Assembly: GCF_036365525.1 (NCBI RefSeq)
Contig: NC_090415.1
Location: forward strand, 12,152,001 to 12,216,000
DNA: 64,000 bases
DNA from: Heterodontus francisci
Taxonomy: Eukaryota
Reading direction: 5' to 3'
Part shown: one piece after another, positions 48,134 through 61,309 of the stretch
How positions within the stretch are numbered: the stretch's first letter is position 1
How the letters are laid out: every line of letters starts with the position of its first letter
Position numbers and translations under genes: made by a program
The notes under the pieces: generated by a model
What the model saw: the letters and a program-made list of their open reading frames with translations, nothing else
Databases searched by the model: none
Told to the model about the DNA's origin: nothing

Positions 48134-49005
48134 TTGAATTATAGAGGGTACAGAGGAGATTTACAAGGATGTTGCCGGGACTGGAAAAAATGCAGCTATG
48201 AGGAAAGATTGGGTGGGCTGGGACTGTTCCCCTTGGAACAGAGAATGGTAGATCTGATTGAAATGTACAACATTTTGAGAGGCCTGGATAGAGTGGATGT
48301 CAAGGGCCTATTTACCTTCGTAGGGAGGTCAGTGACGAGGGGACAAAGACTTAAAGTGTTTGGTAGAAAGATTAGAGGAGAGATAAGGGAACGTTTTCCT
48401 CACCCAGCAATGCAAAACTGGGCATCCATGAGGCTCTGTGGGCCATTCGGATTAATGTGTACAGTACTGGTCTCCTTATTTAAGGAACGGTTTAAATGCG
48501 TTGGAGGCAGTACAGAGAAGGTTTACGAGGCTAATGCCTGGAATGGACGGGCTGTCTTAAGAGGAAGGATTGGACAAGCTAGGCTTGTATCCACTGGAAT
48601 TTAGAAGAGTAAGATATGACTTGATTGAAACATATAAGATCCTGAGGGGCCTTGACAGGGTGGATGTGGAAAGGATGTTTCCCCTTGTGGGAGAATCTAT
48701 AACTAGGGGTCACTGTTTAAAAATCAGGGGTCGCAAATTTAAGACAGAGATAAGGAGATTTTTATTTTCTTTCGGAGGCTCGTGAGCCTTTGGAATTCTC
48801 ATCCTCAAAAGGCGATATAAGCGGAGTCTTTGAACATTTTTAAGGCAGAGTAAATAGTTTCTTCACGAGCAAGGGAGTGGAGGATTACCGGGGGGTGGTG
48901 GAAATGTGAAGTAATCAGTAGAGACAAAACGTATTGAATGGCATGGCAGAGCAGGCTCGAAGGACCGAGTGGCCTACTCCTGATCATAATTCGTATGTTC
49001 GTACA
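48134..49005 (+). mobile_element. CR1 3' fragments (paralog of 12482-13332)
   Basis: Colinear with unit 1; RVRYDLIETYKILRGLDRVDVERMFP. Confidence 0.88.
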
Positions 49006-49017
49006 TGAGGATCGAGT

Positions 49018-49523
49018 TACCAACAGCAGCAGAATTGTACTCAACTGCAATCTGTAATCTCATGGCCCGGCATATCCCCCACTCGGCCATTACCATCAAG
49101 GCAGGAGACCAAACGTGGTTCAATGAAGAGTACAGCAGAGCATGCCAGGAGCAGCACCCGGCATACCTCAAAATGAGGTGTCAACCTGGGGAAGCTACAA
49201 CACAGGATTATTTGGGGGCCAAATTGCGTAAGCAGCATGCGATAGACAGAGCCAAGTGATCTCATAACCAACAGATCAGATCTAAGCTCTGCAATCCTGT
49301 CACATCATCCTGACTTAGAATTATATTGCTGTTCATTCACTGTCGCTGTGTCAAAATCCTGGAACTCCCTTCCTAACCTCACTATGGCTGTACCTACCTC
49401 ACATGGAGTGCAGCAGTTCAAGAAGCCATTTCACCACAACCTCCTCAAGGGCAGTGAGGGATGGGCAATAAATGCTGGCCGAGCCAGCAACACCCACATC
49501 ATATGAATGAATTTGAAAAAAAA
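49018..49523 (+). mobile_element. L2/CR1-clade LINE, internally deleted paralog of 13345-15405
   Basis: Matches 13347-13635, then jumps to 15190-15400. Confidence 0.85.
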
Positions 49524-49531
49524 GTGTGGCG

Positions 49532-49768
49532 GTTAGTTATTTAGTTAGAGATACAGCACTGAAACAGGCCCTTCGGCCCACCGAGTCTGTGCCGACCATC
49601 AACCACCCATTTTATACTAATCCGACACGAATTCCATATTCCTACCACATCCCCACCTGTCCCTATATTTCTCTAACACCTACCTATACTAGGGACAATT
49701 TATAATGGCCAATTTACCTGTCAACCTGCAAGTCTTTTGGCATGTGGGAGGAAACCGGAGCACCCGGT
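49532..49768 (-). mobile_element. HE1-type SINE, 5'-truncated
   Basis: ttagttagagatacagcactgaaacaggccc..ggaaaccggagcacccgg. Confidence 0.85.
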
Positions 49769-50986
49769 TCTGGAACTCACTACCTGAAAGGGTAGTTGAG
49801 GCATAAACCTTCAACTCATACAAAAGAGGTCTGGATATGCATCTCAAGTGCCGTAATCTGCGGGTTACGGACCAAATGCTGGCAACTGGGATTAGAATAG
49901 GTGGAATTCTTTTCGGCTGGCACAGACACGATGGGCCAAGTGGCTTCTTTCTGTGCCATAAAATTTCGATGCTTCTGTGATTCTAAGTGACTACATATCT
50001 CTCTATCTCACCATCCTCCAAGCCTCTCCCCCAATCCAGATCTTTCTCTCTCTCTGCCTTTTTCTCGCTATTGATGCTGTCTCTCTCCCGCTGCCTTTGG
50101 TGCTGTATCTATGTTGGAGATACAGTTACTGAGTGTTATATGTATGCATTCTATTGCAGTACTGATAGTCTCTCTCTCTGAATATTCAGGTGAAGGTGAA
50201 ATACTGTTATTCAGTGTGAAAGGGACACACAGTTGGAAATTGTAAGACTGAAACGGTCTGTCTCCCTCCCTCTCTCACCCCTCTCTCTCTTTCACTCTCC
50301 CTCTCTCTGTCGCTCTGTTGTTGTATATGAAAGAGGAATGAAGTTACTGAGCGTGTTATGGACACGCTGAAGAGACGTACGGTATTGGAACAGTGAACAC
50401 GCCACCGGTGCCGCAGGTGAGACGGTCACTGTCACTTCTCCGCTCGTATGTTCGAATCTGACGGTGTATTTATCCATCTTCAGTCCTGAATCTAAGCACG
50501 GAGAGAACCAGCCTGTCACTGCCTGGAACAAAATAAAAACACTGTGTATGAATGTGGGATTATTGTGCAACTGGACGTCTCTCCTTGAGAATGGGATGTC
50601 CAGGACACCGAGAAAAAAATATGGATGGAATGTAGGGACAGACAGGGCATAATTTGTATTTTCACCGTCAGGAAACATGTTTGTGTGTGATCAATATAAT
50701 AACATCAAAGCCGATATTGGTTTGAACAGATTCAAAGCTGTGATTGGCTCTTGCCGTCGAACCTGATAAACAGACAACATTCGCAGCGCCAGTCTCAGAG
50801 TGTTTAACACTTACTGAGTCTAGAAAATGCAAATACCCGCCGCGAATCCGCAGCACAGGCCGAGCGGAGGGGAAATCCTGTCCTGGAAACGCTAAATTTA
50901 ACGAACAGTTCGGCCTGAGATTGTGTGGATGTGAATATTGTGGAAGAGAGTGTATTAAAGGGACGGGCGCGTTAGTCTAATGCCAC

Positions 50987-51413
50987 TGTGTTTGTGGGTC
51001 TGGTCTCATCGCCGGATTTCCGAGTCCCTCTTGTGTAAAATGACAAGATTTTCCAGTCAAAGAAGCACTTTGCTCCCCTTCTAATCCTCAAAGTGGGAAT
51101 TCAGTGTTGTTTGTTTGTTGATTTCAAGATTTCAGTCGAAAAGTATGGAACATGTTAGCGATCGGCTGAGAGAGAGTCATCAGTGCAGCAATGAAACGGG
51201 TTTCAGTCGAAAATGGAGTCTTTACTTCAAGTGAAACCTTTGTGACAGCAAACATTCTGATGTCAGAGACAGGAAGGATCTAGCCTGGGACTCTGGAATA
51301 CCCGAATTTCAGTGGAATTGGAGAGTTTAGGACCAGAGAGAAACACAGAGAGGCAGCAGGAGCCGGGAGCTGACAGCAGGTTGTCTCCGCCCCGTCCGCT
51401 CGCTGCCTTTAAG
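50987..51413 (+). promoter_or_regulatory. H1 promoter (copy 2): TG-box, AC box, GC box, TATA-like
   Basis: TGTGTTT 50987-50993, AAACACA 51341-51347. Confidence 0.75.
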
Positions 51414-51491
51414 TTGCTCAGTGCCGCCACCACCAGCTTCATTTCTGACCCAGTTCTGACTGACAGAGAGACTTTGTGCAGAGTCCTGGAC

Positions 51492-52175
51492 ATGACCGAT
51501 ACTGCAGCCGCCGAAACGGCTCCTCCAGCCGCCGCCGCTCAAGTCAAGACTCCCAAGAAGAAGAAAGCGGCTCCCCGGAAGGGGTCAGGCGGTCCCAAGT
51601 TGGGAGAGCTGATCCTCAAGACTGTGGCGGAATGCAGTGTCCGCAGTGGGATGTCACTGCAGGCAATAAAGAAGGCTCTGCGTGTTAAAGGTGTCGATGT
51701 GGAGAAGGGCAAGTTCCCAATCAAGCAAAGTATCAAGCGGCTTGTGGCGAAAGACTTCCTGGTGCAGACGAAGGGCACGGGGGCCTCCGGCACCTTCAAA
51801 ATCGCGAAACAGGAAAAGAAGGGAAATGTAGTGAAGAAGATTAAGACAGGAGCAGCCAAGAGATCTTTAGTGAAGAAAACAGCTGCCAAGAAACTGATCA
51901 CAAAGAAAACAGCCAAGAAATCCCCAGGGAAGAAAATAGTCTCCAAGAAAGTGAGCAGCAAGAAGACGGCAGCCAAGAAAGTGAGCACCAAGAAGACGGC
52001 AACGCCAAAGAAGGCGGTAAAGAAAGCAACGCTTCCAAAAAAATCTCCAGCGAAGAATGCTAATAAAACCAAGAGGGCCACGGGCGGAAAGCCGCCCAAG
52101 AAAGTCCAATCATCAAGGGGCGGGAAGAAGCCGAAAGCAGCAAAGGCTCAGAAAGCAGTCCCTGGAAAGAAGTGA
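51492..52175 (+). CDS. H1: Linker histone H1 (copy 2)
   Basis: 227 aa, near-identical to copy 1; Q->P in GKFPIK; stem-loop 52212-52227, HDE 52244-52252. Confidence 0.95.
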   Translation: MTDTAAAETAPPAAAAQVKTPKKKKAAPRKGSGGPKLGELILKTVAECSVRSGMSLQAIKKALRVKGVDVEKGKFPIKQSIKRLVAKDFLVQTKGTGASGTFKIAKQEKKGNVVKKIKTGAAKRSLVKKTAAKKLITKKTAKKSPGKKIVSKKVSSKKTAAKKVSTKKTATPKKAVKKATLPKKSPAKNANKTKRATGGKPPKKVQSSRGGKKPKAAKAQKAVPGKK

Positions 52176-52933
52176 GACAGCACGGGAAACTTGTAGACAT
52201 CTGAACCCAAAGGCTCTTTTCAGAGCCACCCACGTCTCTCAGGAAAGAGCTGATCCCCCGATCAAATGATCCCTGTCCCGCAGTCGTGTGCACATTTCAC
52301 CTAGAAATGATTTGAAGTAAATCCAGGTTCCCTGGTGACTCTCAACCCATCCCTTCCTCACTCTCTGTAACAAATCAGGGATGTCCGGGCCTCACTGTAC
52401 CCGGGTATATGTTCGGTGAAGTCTCAGTTCATGCTCGTTTCAGGGCGACAGCCTGGAACACAGTAACACGGGCGTGATACCCCGCGTCACATCTCAAACT
52501 CCAATACATGATTTTGTATAATTCAGCTGGGGTTAGGTTTCAGTAAACTGCTCAATCCGTCTGGGAGGAGAGGTGTGCCGAAACAGGTTGACTTGTGATC
52601 GGAAGCACTGCACTTAGGCGGGTGTATTACGAAATTTTATTTGTTACAGATCCGTATGTAGACCGCCGGTTTTCTGTTATCAGTGACTATCAATGCCGAA
52701 TCTCCAGGTTTTATGCTGAGCTCTAATGTCGAGAACTGTTTTTTCTTGAATTGGCGGTTCGAGCAAGTGGGAGGCGGAGCGAGAGGATCAAAGACATTTC
52801 TCTGCTCTGTCTGTCACTCAGTTTCCTCCAGACCCGCCTCTGGCTCTCTGTCTCTTTCTCAGTCAGGTCGGGGCAGGCTGTATAAAAAGGCAGCAGAAAC
52901 TGCTCGGTTCTCATTCAGAATCGGTTTGTCTGA

Positions 52934-53254
<321 letters not shown>

Positions 53255-53803
53255 ACAAATCGACCCTGTCTACCAAAAACAAAAGGCTCTTATAAGAGCC
53301 ACCCAAAACCTCATATAGAGATAAGTGACCTTGAAACTGCAGCGGGGATGTCTTGGGATGTGAAATTGTTGTCGCTCATCCAATGTTATGTGGACTTTAT
53401 CAGATCAGTATTGCATTCTCATAGTCACTTCACGTCTCGCACATTTTTTCACTGTCTTCTTCTGTTCCATGTTTAATAACCGCGTCATGAATTAAAAGGT
53501 TGCATTTGATGATGTCCATTGCCGACCTGAACTGCCGGTAAAGATGTAGAAAAGGATTTACTCCCGTTGAGTAAGAAATGGCCGGAGCTTTATTCCCGCC
53601 AGAGACCGAACAGGGAATGAACCCCTATTCAAACCGTGTTGGAAGACACAGAGGGGGGGTCTAGGGCGGAAAAAAATCACGCTAAAAGCACTGAGATTTT
53701 ATAATCTGTCCCGCCAAATTAGGTTTTCTTTCATCTTTGCGTCGTTTATAATTTGAAAATGGCGGGCTTTTTGAAATTGATTCAATTTCAGTTGCAGTTC
53801 AAC

Positions 53804-54778
53804 CGGATGTTGCCGGGACTGGAAACAACGCAGCTATGAGGAAAGATTGAATGGTCCGTGGTTGTTCTCTGTGGCACAGAGAATGCTGAGGAGAGATCTG
53901 ATTGAATTGGATAACATTTTGAGAGGCCTGGATAGAGTGTAGGTGAAGGGCCAATTTACCTTCATACAGAGGTATGGGTCAAAGACTTAAAGCGTTTGGT
54001 AGAATGATTAGAGGGAAGATGAGGACAAGGTTTTTTTCCCTCTCATCTAGAGGATGGTGGGGGTCTGGAACTCATTGCCTGAAAGGGTAGTTGAGGCAGA
54101 AACCTTCAAATGATTCAAAAGAGGTCTGGATATGCACCTCAAGTGCATATTCTACAGGGTTACAGACCAAATGGTAGCAGGTGGGATTAGAATGGGTGGA
54201 GAGCTTTCCGGCTGGCACAGACACGATGGTCCAAGTGGCTTCTTTCTGTGCCATAAACTTTCAATTATTTTCAGAAAAGAGAAGGCTGAGGGGGGACATG
54301 ATTGAGGGATCCAAAATTATGAAGGTCATTGATTGGTTAGACAGGAGGAAACTTTTTGTTTTCCCTCAGCGAACGGATCGATCAGTCGGTAAGGGGCAGG
54401 AGGTTTAATGGAGATGTGAGGGGGGAAAAAACACTCATCATGTGGTTGGAATCTGGAACACACTGCCTGAATAGGTGGCAGAGGCAGGAACCCTCACAAC
54501 ATTTAAGAGGTATTTAGATGAGCACTTGAAACGCCATCGCATACAAGAATACGGGCCAAGTGCTGGAAAATGGGATTAGAATAGTTAGATGCTTGAAGAA
54601 ATACTTGCAGGTTTATAGGTCAATTGCCCCTAGTGTAGGTAGATGTTAGGAGAATGGTGGGGATGCCGTAGGGAATATGGGATGAATGGAGGATCAGTAT
54701 AAATGGGTGTTTGTTGGACGGCACAGACTCGGTGGGCCGAAGGGCCTGTTTCTGTGCTGTTTAAATCCATGACTCTAT
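53804..54778 (+). mobile_element. Stacked CR1 3' fragments plus a partial HE1 SINE in the H4-H3 spacer
   Basis: ggatgttgccgggactgg..; EKRRLRGDMIEGSKIMK; SINE 3' part at ~54605-54778. Confidence 0.8.
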
Positions 54779-55271
54779 GTTTCGTTATCGCGTCATGAAT
54801 TAAACGGTTGCATTTGACAATGTCCATTGACGACCTGAACTGCCGGTGAGGATGATGGATTTATTCCCGTTCGAGTAAGCAATGACCGGAGCTTTATTCC
54901 CGCCTGAGACCCAACAAGGAATGAACCCCAATTCAAACCGTGTTGGAAGAAACGGAGGTGGAATCGAGGGCCGAAAGATGAAGCTCCAAGCAGTGAGATT
55001 TTATAATTGTTCCCGCCGAATTAGGTTTTATTTAATCTTTGAGTAGTTTGCTAATTTGAAATTGGCGGGCTTTTTGAAATTGATGAAATTTCAGTTGCAG
55101 TTCAACCAATCAGGGAGCAGCAATTCCCACCGCCCTTTTCCATCGTTTCAAATTGGATGATGGACGGGGCTTCATCCAATCACAACATTAGGGCGGTCCT
55201 TCGACTGTCTTAAATAGGCAGTCCCTGAGCAGCTTCTCCATTAAAGCCGACATTGTGTAAGGACTCCGTAG

Positions 55272-55685
<414 letters not shown>

Positions 55686-56208
55686 ACTGACCCTGCCCTG
55701 AACTGAGTTCGGCATCAAATACCACAACGGCTCTTTTAAGAGCCACCAAATCGACAAAAGAAAGAGTTGTGATCTCTTGTTCATTCCAGCACATAAACGT
55801 CTCAGAAGGATTTGACCACTTATTTACTCAAAGCCGGGAGACACAAATACTTTTGTCTGCATCCGGTTGCTGGAGATTTCATGACGTGTCAGTTGTAAGA
55901 TCTAGAGTAGCGATAACAATGTGCACAGCGCATTTTAATAGACCGGCGATCGTTTTAGGACTGAACAAATGTTTGTGGTACATAAAGGGTAGAATGGTAA
56001 AAGTGCCTTTCCAATAGGGTCTGAGGGAATTAGAATGCATTTCATCTGATGAGCAACTAAATGCCAAAATCCAGTACACTTCATTCCAACACAAAACAAT
56101 GATAACAGTATAATATTACAGTCTTTCAGACAGTAACCAGCCCTTTCACAGATAAAGTGGGTGGCTCTGAAAAGAGCCTTTGGGTTCACAGATTCAAGTC
56201 AGGCCGCT

Positions 56209-56718
<510 letters not shown>

Positions 56719-57215
56719 TCATTGTACTGTACATGTTACCAATCAGAGAGCTGCTCAATTCACCAATCACAAGAAGACAGTGAGTTGAGAGCGGAAAATA
56801 AGAGCGCGAAATGGTCAGGCTCCCAACGATATTTCACATTTGAAAAGCCCGCCAATATATTTGTAAAACAAGGGGCGGCTTCAATATAGAATATCACATT
56901 TATATGTCATATTGTTTTACAGAAAACATTGCAAAAACGTTTTCATTTTTTTATTCCACATTTTGTCCCAGATTCGCTTTTGTAATCCGCCATGTATTCT
57001 GCTTTATTCTTTTTCATGATACAGTCTAACCAGCGGCTGAAAGACTCATTCACAGCATTTTGTAACCGGACACATTTCAGGTTAATCTTAGTAATTATAC
57101 TGTATCACTGATTCTAGATTGATCCCTTTCCGTGGGAGACAAAAGCGGAGTATAGATTTTCAGTGTCACGGGTGAGAGACTGAGGGTGCCGAAACCAACG
57201 GGGTTTCTTAACAAT

Positions 57216-57354
57216 AAAATAAAAGCAAAATACTGCGGATGCTGGAAATCTGAAACAAAAACAAGAAATGCTGGATTCACTCAGCAGGTCTGGCAGCATC
57301 TGTGGAAAGAGAAGCAGAGTTAACGTTTCGGGTCAGTGACCCTTCTTCGGAACT
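57216..57354 (-). mobile_element. PLE-derived hammerhead insertion (duplicate of 21251-21389)
   Basis: TSD cggggtttcttaacaat at 57199-57215 and 57355-57371. Confidence 0.88.
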
Positions 57355-57677
57355 CGGGGTTTCTTAACAATTTACTTATTCATAAAGATAGCCAAACTTC
57401 AACACGGCAACCAAGTAACTGAGAACATCTTTAAATCATGCGTTAAATCAGCTTTCATTTTCGAAATATAGCAAAGGGGCCGAATGAATCTGCATTAACC
57501 TGAACTGAATGGATTTAAACAGAAAATACAACCGCCATCAAAAATTTGCAGAGTATTCATATTAACATAAAAAGAATTCGATAATCATGATAATGTTGTA
57601 GATTTTTCAGAGAAGTTGTGGGTGGCTCTTAAAAGAGCCTTTTTTGTATATTGTGTTTTTCAGTCCATGGCGGATAT

Positions 57678-58058
57678 TTACTTGGAGCTGGTGTACTTGG
57701 TGACCGCCTTTGTACCTTCCGACACGGCGTGTTTGGCCAGCTCCCCGGGCAGCAGCAGGCGCACGGCGGTCTGGATCTCCCGGGAACTGATGGTGCTGCG
57801 TTTGTTGTAATGGGCCAGGCGGGAAGCCTCACCCGCGATTCGCTCGAAAATATCATTCACAAACGAATTCATGATGCTCATGGCCTTGGAGGAGATGCCG
57901 GTGTCAGGGTGAACCTGCTTCATCACTTTGTACACGTAGATGGAGTAACTTTCTCTCCTGGATTTTCTCCGTTTCTTGCTGCCCTTTGCTGGCGCCTTCT
58001 TCAGAACTTTCTTGGCGCCCTTCTTGGAAGGTGCAGTTGTTTTCTTGTCGTCAACCAT
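57678..58058 (-). CDS. H2B: Histone H2B (copy 2)
   Basis: Protein identical to copy 1; stem-loop 57639-57624. Confidence 0.97.
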   Translation of the reverse strand: MVDDKKTTAPSKKGAKKVLKKAPAKGSKKRRKSRRESYSIYVYKVMKQVHPDTGISSKAMSIMNSFVNDIFERIAGEASRLAHYNKRSTISSREIQTAVRLLLPGELAKHAVSEGTKAVTKYTSSK

Positions 58059-59847
58059 GATCGCGATCAACTTCAGACACAGTATAAGCGAAATTTTGCT
58101 CGTAGCTCGCCTTTTATAGGCATCTCCAGAATCCTATGCTAATGAAGGATGGGAGAAGACCATGCTCATGATTGGCTGGTTTACAATGATGTCACTGGCT
58201 GATGTTCGGTATCTGTGTGATTGGATATCTAAAGTAACCAATCACACGTCATGCCGATCACAGCCACAAACTGACGCAGCAGTCAGATCGTCCAACCCCC
58301 TTTGCCCGAACTTAACCATGACTTTCTCAGTCCCTCTGCCTCTTCAACCATTTCCATTTTGCTGGTACGAACACGTCTATTTTTTCACTCTGTACATATA
58401 GTTTCTCGACACTTCCATTCCTTATCAGGATGTTCCGCCCTGCTGCACTTCCGTCCATCACCAGGATGGAACCGTCCAGTATAGTTGGGGTCAGACATGG
58501 GCAAGTGCAAGCATTGAAGTGCAAGTCTTTAAATCTATGTTGCGTGCCAAATAAGGTTGGTCAGCTGCAGCCACAAGTAACCACATGAAAGATTTATATA
58601 GTGGCAATTACATAATTCTGGCTGAAACTAGGCGAGGCATGGGAACTTATTATTACTGGCTACAAATATTCAACAAGACAGGTCTGAAAAAATATGGAGG
58701 GTTGTGGAGTGGAAAGAGTTGATCAAATAGAATATGATAACACTGGCAGCGATGACGTTTTTGAGCTGTAAACAAAATAATCTATTTGGTCACATATACG
58801 GAATATGGCAGGAGGAAATGCATGGACATTCTGGGTCATGTCATGTTTGTCTTTCCCTGCAGGACATGTGATTGTGGGATTCATTCTGTGCCCATCAGTA
58901 TGTGATATTTAACTGTGACTTTTACTCCGTATTGGGCAATCTATGGTCAATGATTTTGTGATTTAATTCAGTAATTTCAATCTTCAATCGGTGATTCTGT
59001 TTTTTCTTTCTCTGTAACATTCAGTTTCTAAGTGGATGATTATGGGTTTTGTTCTGTACCGATGAGCTTCGACTGAGTGAGTGTGGGTTTTGTTATGTAT
59101 CTGTTAATCTCCGCTTTTGGAGTCTGGGCATTTCTCTTTATCTGTCAATTTCTGAATTGTGAATTTGGATTTTAATCTGCACCTGTCAGTTTCTGGGATG
59201 AAAGGTTGTTTGATTTTGTCTCTGTATCTGTTAGTAAGTGGCATTTTTGTGTAGCTTTACACTGCACATGTTAATTGATGACACGTCAGCGTTGTTTTCA
59301 CTCAACATGTCAGTCTCTGGTTTGGAGGCCTCACCTGTGTTCTGTACCAATCAGACGTCTCACCAGCGGCTGAAAGACTCATTCACAGCATTTTTTAACC
59401 GGACACATTTCAGGTCAATCTTCGTAATTATACTGTCTCACTGGTTATAGATTGATCCCTTTTCGTGGGAGACAAAAGCGGAGCATAGATTTTCTGTGTC
59501 ACCGGTTAGAGACTGAGGGTGCCTAAACCAACGGGGTTTCTTCATGTGCTTATTCGTAAAGATAGCCAAACTTCAACACGGCAACCAAGTAACTGAGAAC
59601 ATCTTTAAATCATGCGTTAAATCAGCTTTCATTTTCGAAATATAGCAAAGGGGCCGAATGAATCTGTATTAACCTGAACTGATTTAAACAGAGATTTACA
59701 ACCGCCATCAAAAATTTGCAGATTATTCGTATTAACATAAAAAGAATTCGATAATCATGATGATGTTGTAGCTATTTCAGAGAAGTTGTGGGTGGCTCTT
59801 AAAAGAGCCTTTTTTGTATATTGTGTTTTTCAGTCCATGGCGGATAT

Positions 59848-60228
59848 TTACTTGGAGCTGGTGTACTTGGTGACCGCCTTTGTACCTTCCGACACGGCGT
59901 GTTTGGCCAGCTCCCCGGGCAGCAGCAGGCGCACGGCGGTCTGGATCTCCCGGGAGCTGATGGTGCTGCGTTTGTTGTAATGGGCCAGGCGGGAAGCCTC
60001 ACCCGCGATTCGCTCGAAAATATCATTCACAAACGAATTCATGATGCTCATGGCCTTGGAGGAGATGCCGGTGTCAGGGTGAACCTGCTTCATCACTTTG
60101 TACACGTAGATGGAGTAACTTTCTTTCCTGGATCTTCTCCGTTTCTTGCTGCCCTTCGTTGGCGCCTTCTTCTGAGTTTTCTTGGCGCCTTTCTTGGAAC
60201 CTGCTGCAGTTTTCTTGTCATCAACCAT
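59848..60228 (-). CDS. H2B: Histone H2B (third copy, divergent tail [13 protein letters not shown])
   Basis: 126 aa; ATG 60228; stem-loop 59809-59794; TATA and octamer variant retained. Confidence 0.95.
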   Translation of the reverse strand: MVDDKKTAAGSKKGAKKTQKKAPTKGSKKRRRSRKESYSIYVYKVMKQVHPDTGISSKAMSIMNSFVNDIFERIAGEASRLAHYNKRSTISSREIQTAVRLLLPGELAKHAVSEGTKAVTKYTSSK

Positions 60229-60376
60229 GATCACGATCAACTTCAGACACAGAATAACTGAAATTTCGCTCCAAGCTCGCATTTTATAGACATCCCCAGA
60301 ACCCTATGCTAATGAAGGATGGGAGAAGACCATGCTCATGATTGGCTGGTTTACAATGATGTCACTGCCTGATGTT

Positions 60377-60686
60377 GGGCGGCACAGTGGCGCAGTGGTT
60401 CGCACCGCAGCCTCACAGCTCCAGTGACCCGAGTTCAATTCCAGGCGCTGCCTGTGTGGAGTTTGCAAGTTCTCCCTGTGTCTGCGTGGTTTTCCTCCAG
60501 GTGCTCCGGTTTCCTCCCACATGCTGGTTGATAGGTTAATTGGCCATTATAAAAATAGGTGGGAATGTGGTAGGAATATGGAATTAGTGTAGGATTAGTA
60601 TAAATGGGTGGTTGATGGTCGGCACAGACTCGGTGGGACGAAGGGCCTGTTTCAGTGCTGTATCTCAAACTAAAACTAAAAGCTAA
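60377..60686 (+). mobile_element. HE1-type SINE inserted in the H2B promoter
   Basis: gggcggcacagtggcgcagtgg..(AAACT)n; absent at 22241 and 58206. Confidence 0.92.
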
Positions 60687-61309
60687 ATCTGTCTGATTGG
60701 ATATCTAAAGTAACCAATCACACTTCATGCCTATCACAGCCACAAACTGACGCAGCAGTCAGATCGTCCAACCCCCTTTGCCCGTCCTTAACCATGACTT
60801 TCTCAGTCCCTCTGCCTCTTCATCCATTTCCATTTTGCTGGTACGAACACGTCTATTTTTTCACTCTGTACATATAATTTCTCGACACTTCCATTCCTTA
60901 TCAGGATGTACCGGCCTGCTGCACTTCCCTCCATCACCAGGACGGAACCGTCCAGTATAGTTGGGGTCAGACATGGGCAAGTGCAAGTATTGAAGTGCAA
61001 GTCTTTAAATCTACGTTGCGCGCCAAATAGGTTTGGTCAGCTGCAGCCACAAGTAACCACATGAAAGATTTATATAGTGGCAATTACATAATTCTGGCTG
61101 AAACTAGGCGAGGCATGGGAACTTATTATTACTGGCTACAAATATTCAGCAAGACAGGTCTGAAAAAATATGGAGGGTTGTGGAGTGGAAAGAGTTGATC
61201 AAATATAATATGATAACACTGGCAGCGATGATGTTTTTGAGTTATTAACAAAAGAATCTATTTGGTCATATATACGGAATATGGCAGGAGGAAATGCATG
61301 AACATTCTG

